Assembly: GCA_016699615.1 (NCBI GenBank)
Contig: CP064984.1
Location: 2,488,721 to 2,552,720, forward strand
Source of the DNA: Sphingobacteriales bacterium
GTDB taxonomy: Bacteria; Bacteroidota; Bacteroidia; Chitinophagales; JADIYW01
Length of the DNA: 64,000 bases
Reading direction: 5' to 3'
Shown here: positions 9,246 through 20,525 of the stretch, piece by piece
Layout: every line of letters begins with the position of its first letter
Numbering within the stretch: the first letter of the stretch is position 1
Notes under the pieces: model-generated
Told to the model about the DNA's origin: nothing
Database searches by the model: none
The model's input: the letters and a program-made list of their open reading frames with translations, nothing else
Translations under genes and position numbers: made by a program

Positions 9246-11434
9246 TTACTTATAAAATTGCTTACCTGCATTTGCATAGTCTACTAAAATTTGTGCAGGT
9301 TTAAATCTAGCACCATATTTTTGTTCTAATTCTTCTAAAATACGAACAGCTTCTTTAGCACCAATACTGTCTACATATCTAAATGGACCACCTCTAAATG
9401 GAGGAAATCCTAATCCAAATACTGCTCCAATATCACCATCTAAAGGATTTTCAATAATATTTTCTTGTAGGCAAAGTGCAGCTTCGTTTACCATTGCCAT
9501 AGCACAACGCATATGAATTTCATTGGCATCAAATTTCTTTCTGCTATTGCCACCATAGTAATTATAAATTTCGCTATCTACTTGTCCATTAACTTTCTTG
9601 CCTTTTTCGTCGTATTTGTAAAATCCTTTTTTGTTCTTACGACCTTTGTAACCTGCTTTAGAAATCTCTAAAAGCGTTTTACTTACTTTGAAATCAGGAC
9701 GTAGTTTAAGCATTTCTGTCATTAACTCACCACTCATAATATGCGCACCAACATCAATACCTACTTCATCAGCTAATGTAATTGGACCAACTGGGAAACC
9801 AAATAAATTCATTTCTTTGTCTATTTGTAGTATATCACCACCTTCATCCAACAATAATTGTGCTTCATTCATTAATGGTGCTAAGATTCTTGTTGTGTAA
9901 AATCCTGGTCCATCATTTACAACAATACATGTTTTTCCTTGCCTTACGCCAACTTCATAGCATGTTGCCACAACCCAATCAGCCGTTTGCTCTGTCTTAA
10001 TGATTTCTAATAATGGCATTTTTGGAACAGGAGAGAAGTAATGCATACCAATTACCAACTCAGGATTTTTTGATTTTGCAGCTACATGTTTAATTGGCAA
10101 CGCAGATGTATTTGTTGCAAAAATTGTATCAGGCTTAGTGTTTGCTTCGCAATCAGCTAAGATACGTTGCTTTAAACTTAAGTCTTCAAATACTGCTTCA
10201 ATAATCATATCTTGATTATCTAAATCACTATAATTTAAAGAACCAGATAGCATAGCCATTTTCTCTTCTAATTCAATTTTTGTAATTGCTTTTTTAGATA
10301 CTTTCTTATTATAATCAGTATATACTTGTTGGAATGCAGAATTAATCATGTCTTGATTAATGTCTTTTAATAATACATGGATATCATCATCAATAGAAAC
10401 TTGAGCAATACCAGCGCCCATGAATCCAGCGCCAACCATTCCAATACGATGAATTTTACGAATTAATTTTTCATCATAAGGATTTTTCTTCTTATCAGTC
10501 ATTGCAAAGAAAATATTGATTAACTGACGCGATACTGGAGACAAAATAAGTGCTTCAAAGTTTTCTACTTCAGCTTGGTATCCTTTTTCTTCACCGTCAT
10601 TCCAGCCAACTTTTACACATTCAATAATTTTGTAAGGTGCAGGATAGTTGCCATGTGCTTGTTTGTCTACCATTTTTTTAGCTTGGTCAAACACAATATT
10701 ATTCACCAATGGTGCTTCTAAAATTAAGTTTGTAAGTTTTGCTTGCAATGAAGGAAATCCAGATTTTACAGTATCTAAATTTATTTCATTACGTTCTCTT
10801 TTTATTGGTTGTTCAAGAACTTCTAATGCTAATTTTTGAGCGCTTTTTGCAAGGCATTTACGTGTACAACTTTATCTACCAAACCCATTTTTAATGCAGG
10901 ATAAGGAAATATGTTTTTGCCAGTGAGCATCATATCTAATGCTGTTTGCAAGCCTACAAGACGTGGCAAACGTTGTGTACCACCACCACCAGGCAATAAA
11001 CCTAATTTTACTTCAGGTAGTGCCATTTTTGTAGATTTGTCATTGCTACAAATACGTGCATGGCATGCAAGTGCAATTTCTAATCCTGCTCCTAGTGCAT
11101 TTCCATGTATTGCTGCAACAATTGGTTTCTTTGATTGCTCAATTCTTTTTAAAATCGTATGGCCTTTTTCTGCGATAGGTTTCCAGTCTCCTGGTTTTTC
11201 AACTTTTTGAAATGCATCTATATCAGCGCCTGCAATAAAATCTTTTTTTCTACTAGCAAGTACATACGCTTTTATAGAATTGTCTTGTTCTAATTCATTA
11301 AACACATCATCAAATAATCCAATTAAATCTGGTCCTATTTTATTGATTTTTTCGTTTATTTGATTCATCCAAATTGTACAAACACCATTGGTATTTTTTT
11401 CAATTCGTATATACTCTTCTCTTTTAATTGACAT
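9246..11434 (-). CDS. fadB: multifunctional fatty-acid oxidation protein: enoyl-CoA hydratase plus 3-hydroxyacyl-CoA dehydrogenase (frameshift at 10833-10837)
   Basis: The N-terminal 201-aa ORF is crotonase-like (FIAGADI, GNALGAGLEIALAC). The 500-aa ORF carries the HAD Rossmann motif VGAGFMGAGIA. One extra A in the A5 run gives continuous ..ALQKALKKLALEVLEQP.. Confidence 0.9.
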
Positions 11435-11450
11435 CTTTTCTCGTTTTGAA

Positions 11451-12815
11451 TTACCCTATTTTTTCTTTTATTTCTTCCAAAGTTTCTTCTGCTTTATTAA
11501 TTGCTTTTTTTGCAGCAGTTTTTAATTTTTCTTCAGTTGTTTCGTATTTTTTAATTAGCATAGCTGTGCCATGTGCACCAGCAGCACAAGCTGCAAGCAC
11601 TGCATATTTTCCATTGCCTTTTTCTAGTCTATTTGCTGCCATTGTAAGTAGACGACCACCTGTTGCACCAAATGGATGTCCTATTGACAATGAACCACCC
11701 CATTGGTTGATTTTGTCTTTTGGAATACTACCTACAGCTTTATCATAACCAACATGTGCTTTGCACCATTCTTCGTTTTCTAATGCTTTTAAGTTTGCTA
11801 ATACTTGTCCTGCAAATGCTTCGTGTATTTCCCAAACATCAATATCTGCAATGGTTAAGTTATTTTTCTTTAATAACGCAGCTATAGAATATGCTGGACC
11901 AAGTAATAACTCATCGTATAAATCGCCAGCTGTGAAAACATAATCAACTAACTCAGCTTTAGGTTTTAAATTCAATTCTTTAGCTTTTTCTTCTGATGTT
12001 AAAAGTACTGCTGTTGCTCCATCAGTTAAGAAAGATGCATTTGCTGCTGTGATTGTACCAACATATTTATCAAATGCAGGTTTTAATTTTGAAATTTTAT
12101 CTACTGTAGTATCACCACGAACACCATTGTCTTTTGCAATTGGAGCAAATTTTGGAGGAAGTTGAACAGTTATTACATCATCAAGCAAGCCTTGCTCTTG
12201 TGCTTTTCCTGCATTTTGATGTGACGCTGCTGCAAATTCATCTTGTTCTTTTCTTGTAACACCAAATTTTTGTGCTAATATCTCACAATCTTGTCCCATT
12301 GTTCTTCCAGTAATAAATTCTGCAACAGCTGGTCTATCTGGCATGAAATCATTTGGTCTAAGTGTAGTTGCAAATTTTGCATACTCCATAGGAGTAGATA
12401 ATTTTTGAGCAGCAAATAATTTTTTACGCATTTCTTTTGAGTATCCAATTGGAGTGTCTGATGTACACTCTGTGCCACCAGAAATGATTACATCTTCTCT
12501 GCCTAATTGAATAGAATCCATAGCAATAGAAATTGCTTGGTTGGCAGAAATACACGCTTGCTTTATGGTACTTGCAGGCGCTTTAATTGGTACACCTGCT
12601 GTAACAGCAGATTCACGTGCTACGTTTTCTGTTTTAACATTTGAAATTACATTGCCATAAATTACTCTATCAACTTCATTTGCATCTAATCCTGTTTTAT
12701 CTAATAAACCTTTGATTGCAAATTGACCAAGTTGATAAGACATTAAATCCATATAGTCTGTTCCCGACTTTAAGAAAGGCGTACGTACACCATCAATAAA
12801 CACTACTTTTTTCAT
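11451..12815 (-). CDS. fadA: acetyl-CoA C-acyltransferase (3-ketoacyl-CoA thiolase)
   Basis: Thiolase active-site regions (QACISANQAI, NQWGGSLSIGHPFGATG, ACAAGAHG). Sits immediately upstream of fadB on the same strand. Has a Lys/Glu-rich C-terminal tail of about 30 aa. Confidence 0.9.
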   Translation of the reverse strand: MKKVVFIDGVRTPFLKSGTDYMDLMSYQLGQFAIKGLLDKTGLDANEVDRVIYGNVISNVKTENVARESAVTAGVPIKAPASTIKQACISANQAISIAMDSIQLGREDVIISGGTECTSDTPIGYSKEMRKKLFAAQKLSTPMEYAKFATTLRPNDFMPDRPAVAEFITGRTMGQDCEILAQKFGVTRKEQDEFAAASHQNAGKAQEQGLLDDVITVQLPPKFAPIAKDNGVRGDTTVDKISKLKPAFDKYVGTITAANASFLTDGATAVLLTSEEKAKELNLKPKAELVDYVFTAGDLYDELLLGPAYSIAALLKKNNLTIADIDVWEIHEAFAGQVLANLKALENEEWCKAHVGYDKAVGSIPKDKINQWGGSLSIGHPFGATGGRLLTMAANRLEKGNGKYAVLAACAAGAHGTAMLIKKYETTEEKLKTAAKKAINKAEETLEEIKEKIG

Positions 12816-12953
12816 TTTCTAATTTTTTTATTTCTCCAAATTTAATCAAATCCAATGCATGCATTGTAATTATAAGGTTAAGTTTGGGTTATAGAAAATA
12901 TTTTAACTTTTGTTAAATGAATTGTATAAATATGGAATTATTTTTTTAGATTT

Positions 12954-14237
12954 ATGCCTTATTACATTAATACTATTTATATTATGATGGATTCTATCAT
13001 TACTTTTTTTTCTCAGAATGATTACTACTATATTAAATTACTTTCAATTCCAATTGTTTCTGGTGGAATTGGTTGGTTTACAAATTGGCAAGCAATTAAA
13101 ATGACTTTCTATCCAATTAATTTTTGGGGTATTAAAATTGGTAAAATTCCAATTGGTTGGCAAGGTATTATTCCTGCAAATGGACCAAAAATGGCAGATA
13201 TTACTGTTGATTTGATGACGCAAAAACTTATTTCTGTAGAAGAAGTTTTTGAAAGATTGAATCCAGATGATGTGGCAAAAGAGATGGCACCACAAATGAA
13301 AGAATTATCTGAAAGAGTTGTATCTGATGCTATGATGAAGCATCAACCTAATCTTTGGAAAAATACACCACAGATTGTAAAAAATACAATTTTTAATAGA
13401 ACTGCTCAAGATATTCCTGAAGCTATTCGTGGTATGATGCAAGATGTGAAAGACAATATCAATGATTTAATGAATTTAAAGAAATTGTGTGTTGAAGCAA
13501 TTATCAAAGACAAGACATTAATTAATGAAATTTTTCTTACTTGCGGAAAAGAAGAATTTAAGTTTATAGAAGTTTCAGGCTGGTGGTTTGGTTTAATATT
13601 TGGTATTGGACAAATGTTGGTATGGCATTTCTTTCCATTAGATTGGACATTGCCTGTGGCAGGAATTATTGTTGGTTATGCAACAAACTGGTTAGCGTTG
13701 AAGTTGATATTTTCGCCAAAACGTCCTGTTAAGTTTTTATTTTGGACATTTATTGGTTTATTTATTAAAAGACAAAATGAGGTTTCTGCATTGTATGGAA
13801 AAATTATTGCAGATAGAGTTTTAAATTCTGAAAATTTGTGGGAACATATGTTGAATGAAAAAGGTGGTGAGCGAATGTATAAACTTATAGAAAAACATAT
13901 TAATGATGGTATTGAGAAGGCAACAGGTGCTGTGCCAGATCCAATTATGAATTTATTAGAAGGTACTAAGGCATATGCTGAAATAAAAGAATTGATAGTT
14001 AGAGATATGGTAAGACAAATGCCAAATCGACTAAGAAATTTATATGATTTTACAGATAAAGCATTTGATATTGAAGGAATCATGCGTGAGAAGCTACAAG
14101 CATTACCACCAGAAGATTTTGTTGGCGTATTGCGTCCTGCTTTTGAAGAAGAAGAAATGAAACTTATACTTGTTGGTGCTGCATTGGGTGGCTTAGCTGG
14201 TTTAGCACAATTGGTATTCGTCTTTGGTGGTGCGTAG
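12954..14237 (+). CDS. DUF445 family membrane protein
   Basis: GWFTNWQAIKMTFYP and YATNWLALKLIFSP repeats are typical of DUF445. The true start may be 12984. Confidence 0.6.
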   Translation: MPYYINTIYIMMDSIITFFSQNDYYYIKLLSIPIVSGGIGWFTNWQAIKMTFYPINFWGIKIGKIPIGWQGIIPANGPKMADITVDLMTQKLISVEEVFERLNPDDVAKEMAPQMKELSERVVSDAMMKHQPNLWKNTPQIVKNTIFNRTAQDIPEAIRGMMQDVKDNINDLMNLKKLCVEAIIKDKTLINEIFLTCGKEEFKFIEVSGWWFGLIFGIGQMLVWHFFPLDWTLPVAGIIVGYATNWLALKLIFSPKRPVKFLFWTFIGLFIKRQNEVSALYGKIIADRVLNSENLWEHMLNEKGGERMYKLIEKHINDGIEKATGAVPDPIMNLLEGTKAYAEIKELIVRDMVRQMPNRLRNLYDFTDKAFDIEGIMREKLQALPPEDFVGVLRPAFEEEEMKLILVGAALGGLAGLAQLVFVFGGA

Positions 14238-14248
14238 AAAATTTGAAA

Positions 14249-15463
14249 TTACTTAGCAATATGTTCTGCAACTAAATATGCTGTAGTCCATCTTGCTTGG
14301 AAGTTGAATCCACCAGTAATGCCATCTATATCTAATATTTCGCCAGTAAAAAACAGCTTATTGTATTGTTTGCTTTGCATTGTTTTTAAGTCTATATTGC
14401 TTAAACAAACACCACCAGCTGTTACAAACTCATCTTTATTGGTGCTCTTTCCATTTATTTTTAATTGAAATTGTGTAAGATTTTCAATCAATTGTTGAAT
14501 TTCTTTTTTGCTAATATCAGCCCAGTTTTTTTCTATATTAATATTTGATACATGAAGTAGATTTATCCAAAATCTATTGGGTAACTCAAATGCTTTGGTA
14601 TTACTTATCTTCTTTTTTGAAGAAATATTTTTCATATCAATTATATATTCGCTTGCTTCATTTGTTGTTTTGTTTATCCAATTAATTATGATATTGCAAT
14701 TGTAGTTTTTATTACCTAATTCTTTTGCTCCAAATGCTGATAGCTTAAGCACACATGGTCCAGTGATGCCTTGGTGTGTGATCAAAATATTGCCTTCTGT
14801 TTTTATTTTTGTTTGTTCTATTTGTGCTGTACAATCTTGTAAAGTAATACCTGATAATTCTTTGAATAATAAGTTTTTTGTATTGAAACTAAATAATGAT
14901 GGAATGCATGGTTCTATTTGTATATTTTTTTGTTCTAATTCTTTTAATATAATAGCATTGGTGCTGCATGCTAAAATTAATTGTTGGCAAGAATATTGTG
15001 TGTTTAATGTCTTTAACTCAAAGCTGTTGTCGTTTATTTTTATTCCAACTACTTTTTGTTCTGTAATTATTTCTATGTTGTGTTGTTTGGCAAGTGTAAG
15101 AAAACAATCAATAATAGTTTGTGATTGATTGCTCTTTGGAAAAACTCTACCATCAATTTCTGTTTTTAGCTCAATGTTGTGTTGCTCAAACCATTCAATA
15201 GTATGTGTTGTATTAAAAGTATAAAATGCATTTAATAAATTCTTTCCACCACGTGGGTAGTTTTTTATCAATTCTTTTGGGTCACTGCATGCATTCGTTA
15301 CATTGCATCTTCCACCACCAGATATCTTTACTTTTTCTAATACTTTTTTACTTTGCTCAAGAATAGCAATTTTTAGATTTGGTTTTTTCTTAGCAATATT
15401 TATAGCTGCAAAAAAACCACTTGCGCCAGCGCCAACAATAATTATATCATAGTGATTTTGCAT
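14249..15463 (-). CDS. NAD(P)/FAD-dependent oxidoreductase, HI0933/YhiN (BaiN-like) family
   Basis: DIIIVGAGASGFFAA dinucleotide fold and GGGRCNVTN motif. Start chosen at MQNHYD (15463) rather than the longest ORF (15538). Confidence 0.8.
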   Translation of the reverse strand: MQNHYDIIIVGAGASGFFAAINIAKKKPNLKIAILEQSKKVLEKVKISGGGRCNVTNACSDPKELIKNYPRGGKNLLNAFYTFNTTHTIEWFEQHNIELKTEIDGRVFPKSNQSQTIIDCFLTLAKQHNIEIITEQKVVGIKINDNSFELKTLNTQYSCQQLILACSTNAIILKELEQKNIQIEPCIPSLFSFNTKNLLFKELSGITLQDCTAQIEQTKIKTEGNILITHQGITGPCVLKLSAFGAKELGNKNYNCNIIINWINKTTNEASEYIIDMKNISSKKKISNTKAFELPNRFWINLLHVSNINIEKNWADISKKEIQQLIENLTQFQLKINGKSTNKDEFVTAGGVCLSNIDLKTMQSKQYNKLFFTGEILDIDGITGGFNFQARWTTAYLVAEHIAK

Positions 15464-15578
15464 TATTAGACTTAAAATATCAGCATGAAAATAGATAAAT
15501 TTAAAGACAAATAAATCATCCACTACAATAATTTTCATTATACTTGTCCTATCAACAACTAAAATGTATCACAATTAA

Positions 15579-16181
15579 ATGGAAGCAGCATTAAAAGGAT
15601 TATTACTTGGAACTACAATTAGTTTTATGATTGGTCCAATCTTTTTTGGATTAGTAGATATTACTATTTCAAAAGGATGGCGTTGTGGTTTAGGTTATAT
15701 ATTTGGTGTTATAGTAAGTGATGTTATTCTAATTATGTTGGTGAATAATATTTTTAGAACAACAAATTTTAGTGACTATCAATCAATAATTGGTGTTGTA
15801 GGTGGTATTGTATTATTAATTTTTGGGATGATAACATTTTTCTCTAAAGTAAGTGTCAAAGGTATTGATGTAAAAGACATTAAAACCATATTGCAAGCTT
15901 TTGCAAAAGGCATTACCATTAATGTATTAAATCCATTTGTGATACTATGGTGGATAGGTTTGTATTCTACAACTAGTAGTTCTAATTATACTTCAAAAGA
16001 TAAGTTTTTGTATTACTTTTCACTTTTGCTAATAGTTTTTTTGTTTGATTTGTTGAAAATGCGATTTGCCTATTTTATAAAATATAAATTAAGTATTGAG
16101 AAAATTGCTATCGTAAAAAAGTTTGCAGGCGTAGCCTTATTTATTTTTGGCATTGTATTGATTGTAAGAGTTTTAATTTAA
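15579..16181 (+). CDS. LysE/RhtB family amino-acid translocator
   Basis: 200-aa protein with about 6 transmembrane segments and a LysE-like N-terminal region (LLLGTTISFMIGPIFF). Confidence 0.65.
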   Translation: MEAALKGLLLGTTISFMIGPIFFGLVDITISKGWRCGLGYIFGVIVSDVILIMLVNNIFRTTNFSDYQSIIGVVGGIVLLIFGMITFFSKVSVKGIDVKDIKTILQAFAKGITINVLNPFVILWWIGLYSTTSSSNYTSKDKFLYYFSLLLIVFLFDLLKMRFAYFIKYKLSIEKIAIVKKFAGVALFIFGIVLIVRVLI

Positions 16182-16426
16182 ATAATATGATTGTGTTATT
16201 TGAAATTATACAATAATAATGAATATATATTTCAGATTTGAATGAGCTTATGATGAGTTATTGTTTTAAAGAAATGCTAATGAAAATAAAATTATATATT
16301 ATTAATCTCATTAGTCTTCAACATAAATACTTTTGCTCAAGATATTACTGAAAATGATATTTTGGCAAAAGATTTAGATTTCAAAATCAATGATTATGTT
16401 TGTCTAGATACAAAAAAATGCAATAA

Positions 16427-17169
16427 TTATTTATTAAAGCCAAGTACATCATCCATCGTGTACACACCTTTTTTGCCAATCAACCATTCTGCGGCAACTA
16501 ATGCACCACCAGCAAATCCTTTTCTGTTGTGCGCAATATGTTTTAGTTCTATGGTATCAATGTCAGAGTTGTAAAATACAGTATGTGTGCCTGGTACATT
16601 TGCTTCTCTTAATGAAATAATGTCTAATGTATTTTTATCATGGCTTACTTCATTTTTCCAATTACTTTTTGCATCATGCCATTTTAGTATATCTTCGGCT
16701 GCGTACAATGCTGTTCCACTTGGTGCATCTTTTTTTTCAGTGTGGTGTATTTCTTCCATAATGACATCATAGTCTTGATGTTGATTCATGATTTTAGCGA
16801 GTTGTCTATTTATTTCAAAAAATATATTCACACCAATGCTAAAATTTGGTGCATATAATAAACTTTTATTTTCTGCTAATGCAATGTTTTTAATACTATC
16901 TAATTGATGCAACCATCCAGTACTTCCAACCACAACAGGCACATTTGCTTCAAAGCACCATTGAATATTTTCTACTGCGGTGTGTGGCGATGTAAATTCA
17001 ATAGCTACATCACATGCTTGTAATTGCTCTATTGTTGTTGTTTGTCTATTGTCAATATCTACAATTAATGAAATATTGTATTTGTTATTTTGCAGTGCAG
17101 CATTTTTGTCGTTAGCTATTTCATGTATAGCTTTTCCCATTTTCCGTATCCAATCAGTGCAATGTTCAT
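16427..17169 (-). CDS. dapB: 4-hydroxy-tetrahydrodipicolinate reductase (frameshift at 17140-17143)
   Basis: DapB body (EFTSPHTAVENI, VVVGSTGW, EEIHHTEKKDAPSGTA). The true N-terminus MNIALIGYGK lies upstream in another frame. One extra A in the A4 run restores GYGKMGKAI. Confidence 0.9.
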
Positions 17170-17230
17170 GTTCGTTTTTTTATAGATATTAAAAATAATA
17201 GATTATTATTGATATATGCGTTGTGTCGTT

Positions 17231-17932
17231 TTATCTTAGGTTTAAGTTTACTTGCAGTGCCACATATTCTTGAAAATTGCTTTGTTTGATGCTAGGTTTT
17301 ATTTGCATAGATAAATTCTCAGAAATATCAAATGGTTTGATGTGCGCATCAACAGCTGCATCTAATATAGTAAATCCCCAAACCATCATTGTTACAAATG
17401 ATGCCAATTGCACACTTCTTCTATGTGTGTTTCTTATACTTTCTAATTGTGCTGTAGAGTATCGCTCAATGCCAGTTGGAAGTGTTATTCCATTTGTTCT
17501 TTTGTACCAAATATTGGTTGTATTGTTTAGTGCTTTTGCTTGCCTTGATACCCAAAAAATACAACCTGCTATGCCACCATAAACGATAGGCAATTTCCAA
17601 TATTTTTTGTTGTATACTTGTCCCAATCCAGGAAATGCTAAACCAAGCAATGCTGCATGTTTTGCAGAACTTCTGGTAGAATCATCAAATATTTTTTTTT
17701 TACTTTTTTCAATACTTGATTGAGGAATTTCTTGCGTTGGTATTGACTTTTTTTTAAGCTTATTAAAATTAGATTTATGTATTACATCTTCCAAGTTTGA
17801 AGCAATAGCTGTGTCTATAGTTTGATAGATTGAATCTTGAGCAACAATGGTATTAGTTTTTATTCCTACAATAGACCAAATAAATATGATTAAAATTGCT
17901 TTTAATGATGTATTGTAGCTTATAATACGCAT
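17231..17932 (-). CDS. DUF5683 domain-containing protein
   Basis: Signal peptide plus AALLGLAFPGLGQVYNKKYWKLPIVYGG, the DUF5683 signature. Typical position next to parB in Bacteroidota. Confidence 0.65.
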   Translation of the reverse strand: MRIISYNTSLKAILIIFIWSIVGIKTNTIVAQDSIYQTIDTAIASNLEDVIHKSNFNKLKKKSIPTQEIPQSSIEKSKKKIFDDSTRSSAKHAALLGLAFPGLGQVYNKKYWKLPIVYGGIAGCIFWVSRQAKALNNTTNIWYKRTNGITLPTGIERYSTAQLESIRNTHRRSVQLASFVTMMVWGFTILDAAVDAHIKPFDISENLSMQIKPSIKQSNFQEYVALQVNLNLR

Positions 17933-17938
17933 TGGTAA

Positions 17939-18853
17939 TTATTCTCCTTCTATAATTTCAAGTAATCTGTTTAAGTCTGATGTAGAATAAAATGGAATGG
18001 TAATTTCGCCTTTTTCACCTTTGCCTTTTTTTATTTTTATTTTAGTTTCAAGTTTGTCCATAAGTCTTTGTTCTACTTGTTTGTAGGCATTTGGCAAACT
18101 TTGTGTTGTAGGTGTTGCTGTAGTTTTTTTATCAGACTTTTGTCCAATTGTTCTTACTAATTCTTCAGTTTTTCTTACAGAAAGTTCATTCTTTAATACT
18201 TCTTTTAAAATATAAAGTTGTTTATCTATTTCTGGAATGCTAATGATAGAACGCGCATGTCCCATGGAAATAGATTTGTCACGTAAAGATTTTTGAATCT
18301 CTGGTGGTAATTTTAATAGTCTTAAATAATTTGTTACTGTAGATCTATCTTTACCTAATCTATCAGCAAGATTTTCATGTGTTAATTGTATTTCATCAAT
18401 TAATCTTTGATAGGTAAGTGCTATTTCCATCGCATTCAAATCTTCTCTTTGAATATTTTCGATTAATGCAATCTCTACTAATTCTTGGTCATTGGTAGTT
18501 CTTACATACGCAGGAATATCAGTAAGTCCAGCAATTTTAGATGCTCTAAATCTTCTTTCACCAGCGATTAATTGGTATTTTTTATCATCTATTTTTCTAA
18601 CAGTAATGGGTTGTATTACACCATGAACTTGTATAGAATTTGCTAATTCTTGAAGTGCTTCTTCATTAAAATCTTTTCTTGGTTGATATGGATTAACTTC
18701 AATATATTCTAAGTTGATTTTTGGAACTGTATTGATGATAGAATCTTGGTCTTTATCACTTATTTTCAGGATTTCTGTTTCCTCATCCATATCAGACAAT
18801 AATGCTCTAAGTCCTTTGCCCAAAGCTTCTTTCTTTTTATTTACTAATGCCAT
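17939..18853 (-). CDS. parB: ParB/Spo0J chromosome partitioning protein
   Basis: ParB box LIAGERRFRAS plus an HTH. Adjacent to parA. Confidence 0.93.
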   Translation of the reverse strand: MALVNKKKEALGKGLRALLSDMDEETEILKISDKDQDSIINTVPKINLEYIEVNPYQPRKDFNEEALQELANSIQVHGVIQPITVRKIDDKKYQLIAGERRFRASKIAGLTDIPAYVRTTNDQELVEIALIENIQREDLNAMEIALTYQRLIDEIQLTHENLADRLGKDRSTVTNYLRLLKLPPEIQKSLRDKSISMGHARSIISIPEIDKQLYILKEVLKNELSVRKTEELVRTIGQKSDKKTTATPTTQSLPNAYKQVEQRLMDKLETKIKIKKGKGEKGEITIPFYSTSDLNRLLEIIEGE

Positions 18854-18859
18854 GTTTTT

Positions 18860-19678
18860 TTAGTTTAGATTTTCGTCAAGTTGAATTGTTTTTTCGTCTT
18901 CAGTTAGTTCAGTAAGTCCATTGTTTTGCATAATTTCTCGAGCAAGATTTAAGTAATTAATTGCGCCTTTGCTTTCTGCATCATACATAATTATTGGTTG
19001 TCTTAAACTTTGTGCCTCGCCCAATCTTATATTTCTGTGGATGATGGTATCAAACACACTGTCATTAAATCTTCTTTTTACTTCTGATACTACTTGATTT
19101 GATAGGTTTAATCTTTGATCGTACATTGTCAATAGAATACCTTCAATTTCTAAATCAGTATTTAATTTTGATTGAACAATTTTTATTGTATTTAATAATT
19201 TTCCTAAACCTTCGAGTGCAAAATATTCACATTGTACAGGCACAATTACAGAATCTGATGCTGTAAGTGCATTTACTGTAATTAAACCAAGAGATGGTGA
19301 ACAATCTATCACAATAAAATCAAAATCATCTTTTAATGGTGTAATGATTTTCTTTAATATTTTTTCTCTGTCTGGATGGTTGATTAATTCTATTTCAGCA
19401 CCAACTAAATCTAAATGAGCTGGAAGCAAAAATAAATTTGGTGTTTCGGTTTCTAGAATAATGTCTTTAGGTTTTTTTTCTTCAATTAAGCATTCGTATA
19501 AGCTTATTTTTATGTGTTTTGGGTCAAAGCCACATCCACTAGTGCTGTTTGCTTGTGGATCTGCATCAATAATTAATGTTTTTTGCTCTAACACAGCTAA
19601 ACTTGAAGCTAAATTTATAGCTGTTGTTGTTTTTCCTACTCCACCTTTTTGATTGGCAATGCTTATTATTTTTCCCAT
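18860..19678 (-). CDS. parA: ParA/Soj chromosome partitioning ATPase
   Basis: Deviant Walker A NQKGGVGKTTTAINLA and DCSPSLG motif. Confidence 0.93.
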   Translation of the reverse strand: MGKIISIANQKGGVGKTTTAINLASSLAVLEQKTLIIDADPQANSTSGCGFDPKHIKISLYECLIEEKKPKDIILETETPNLFLLPAHLDLVGAEIELINHPDREKILKKIITPLKDDFDFIVIDCSPSLGLITVNALTASDSVIVPVQCEYFALEGLGKLLNTIKIVQSKLNTDLEIEGILLTMYDQRLNLSNQVVSEVKRRFNDSVFDTIIHRNIRLGEAQSLRQPIIMYDAESKGAINYLNLAREIMQNNGLTELTEDEKTIQLDENLN

Positions 19679-19686
19679 TATGTATA

Positions 19687-20376
19687 TTATATAGATTGTA
19701 AATTAATTGTGTCTCCGATGTTTAATAGTATCAGCTCTTTTCCGTTGTTCTTAAATTTCTCAATTGCTTCTTGCTCATCAATTACAATGTATGGAAATGT
19801 ATTGTAATGTACACCAATTACCTTTGATGTCATACAAAAGTCTGAAGCTGATAATGCATCTTCAATATCCATTGTGAAATTATCACCAATTGGTAATACT
19901 GCAAAATCTATTTTTGCCCAAGATGGTATTAATTGCATATCTCTGGTCAGTGCTGTATCTCCACTGTAGTAAAAATTTCCTTCGTTAGATGTTACAATAA
20001 AACCCATTGGATTTCCACCATATGTTCCATCAGGCAATGCACTTGAATGTTGTGCTACTACACATTTTATTGTAAATGTACCTGCATTCCATTTTCCACC
20101 TATATTCATTGGTCTAAAGTTGCTTAAACCTTGTTTGCTTAACCATTCGTAAATTTCATAAGCACAAATTATAGTTGCATTTGTGTTTTTGGCAATTGCT
20201 ACTGCATCTGCAATATGGTCAGCATGCCCATGAGATATAACAATGTAGTCACAAGTAATTGAATTAATATCAATATGTTTAGCCAAATCATTTGGTGTAA
20301 TAAATGGATCGAAAAGAATTTTTGTTTGATTTATTTCAACTAAAAAGCAGGAATGTCCGTAATAAGTATATTTCAT
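19687..20376 (-). CDS. metal-dependent hydrolase, MBL fold (UPF0173 family)
   Basis: HGHADH motif with the overall UPF0173 length and pattern (229 aa). Confidence 0.8.
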   Translation of the reverse strand: MKYTYYGHSCFLVEINQTKILFDPFITPNDLAKHIDINSITCDYIVISHGHADHIADAVAIAKNTNATIICAYEIYEWLSKQGLSNFRPMNIGGKWNAGTFTIKCVVAQHSSALPDGTYGGNPMGFIVTSNEGNFYYSGDTALTRDMQLIPSWAKIDFAVLPIGDNFTMDIEDALSASDFCMTSKVIGVHYNTFPYIVIDEQEAIEKFKNNGKELILLNIGDTINLQSI

Positions 20377-20525
20377 CTAAAAAACTATTTTAATGTTTCA
20401 CGCACCAAAAATAGCATTTATGGAAGTGATGTTTCACGCAAGTTATCCATTATTTACACACAAAGTGCTGTGGATAAACTACAATTACTTGTTTATTAAT
20501 ATGTTAATACTATTGTTAAGAACAT
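20377..20525. promoter_or_regulatory. intergenic region with a DnaA-box pair and two ATGTTTCACGCA 12-mers, upstream of the hydrolase-parA-parB operon
   Basis: Perfect TGTGGATAA at 20469-20477, TTATCCAT at 20443-20450, and an exact 12-mer repeat at 20393-20404 and 20429-20440. Confidence 0.4.

Noticed and set aside
16362-16574. 70-aa plus-strand ORF, with a possible signal-peptide ORF starting at about 16281
   Set aside because: Most of it overlaps the dapB 3-prime end in antisense. The upstream MKIKLYIINLISL.. start is in a different frame. This is too speculative to call even as a frameshifted small lipoprotein.
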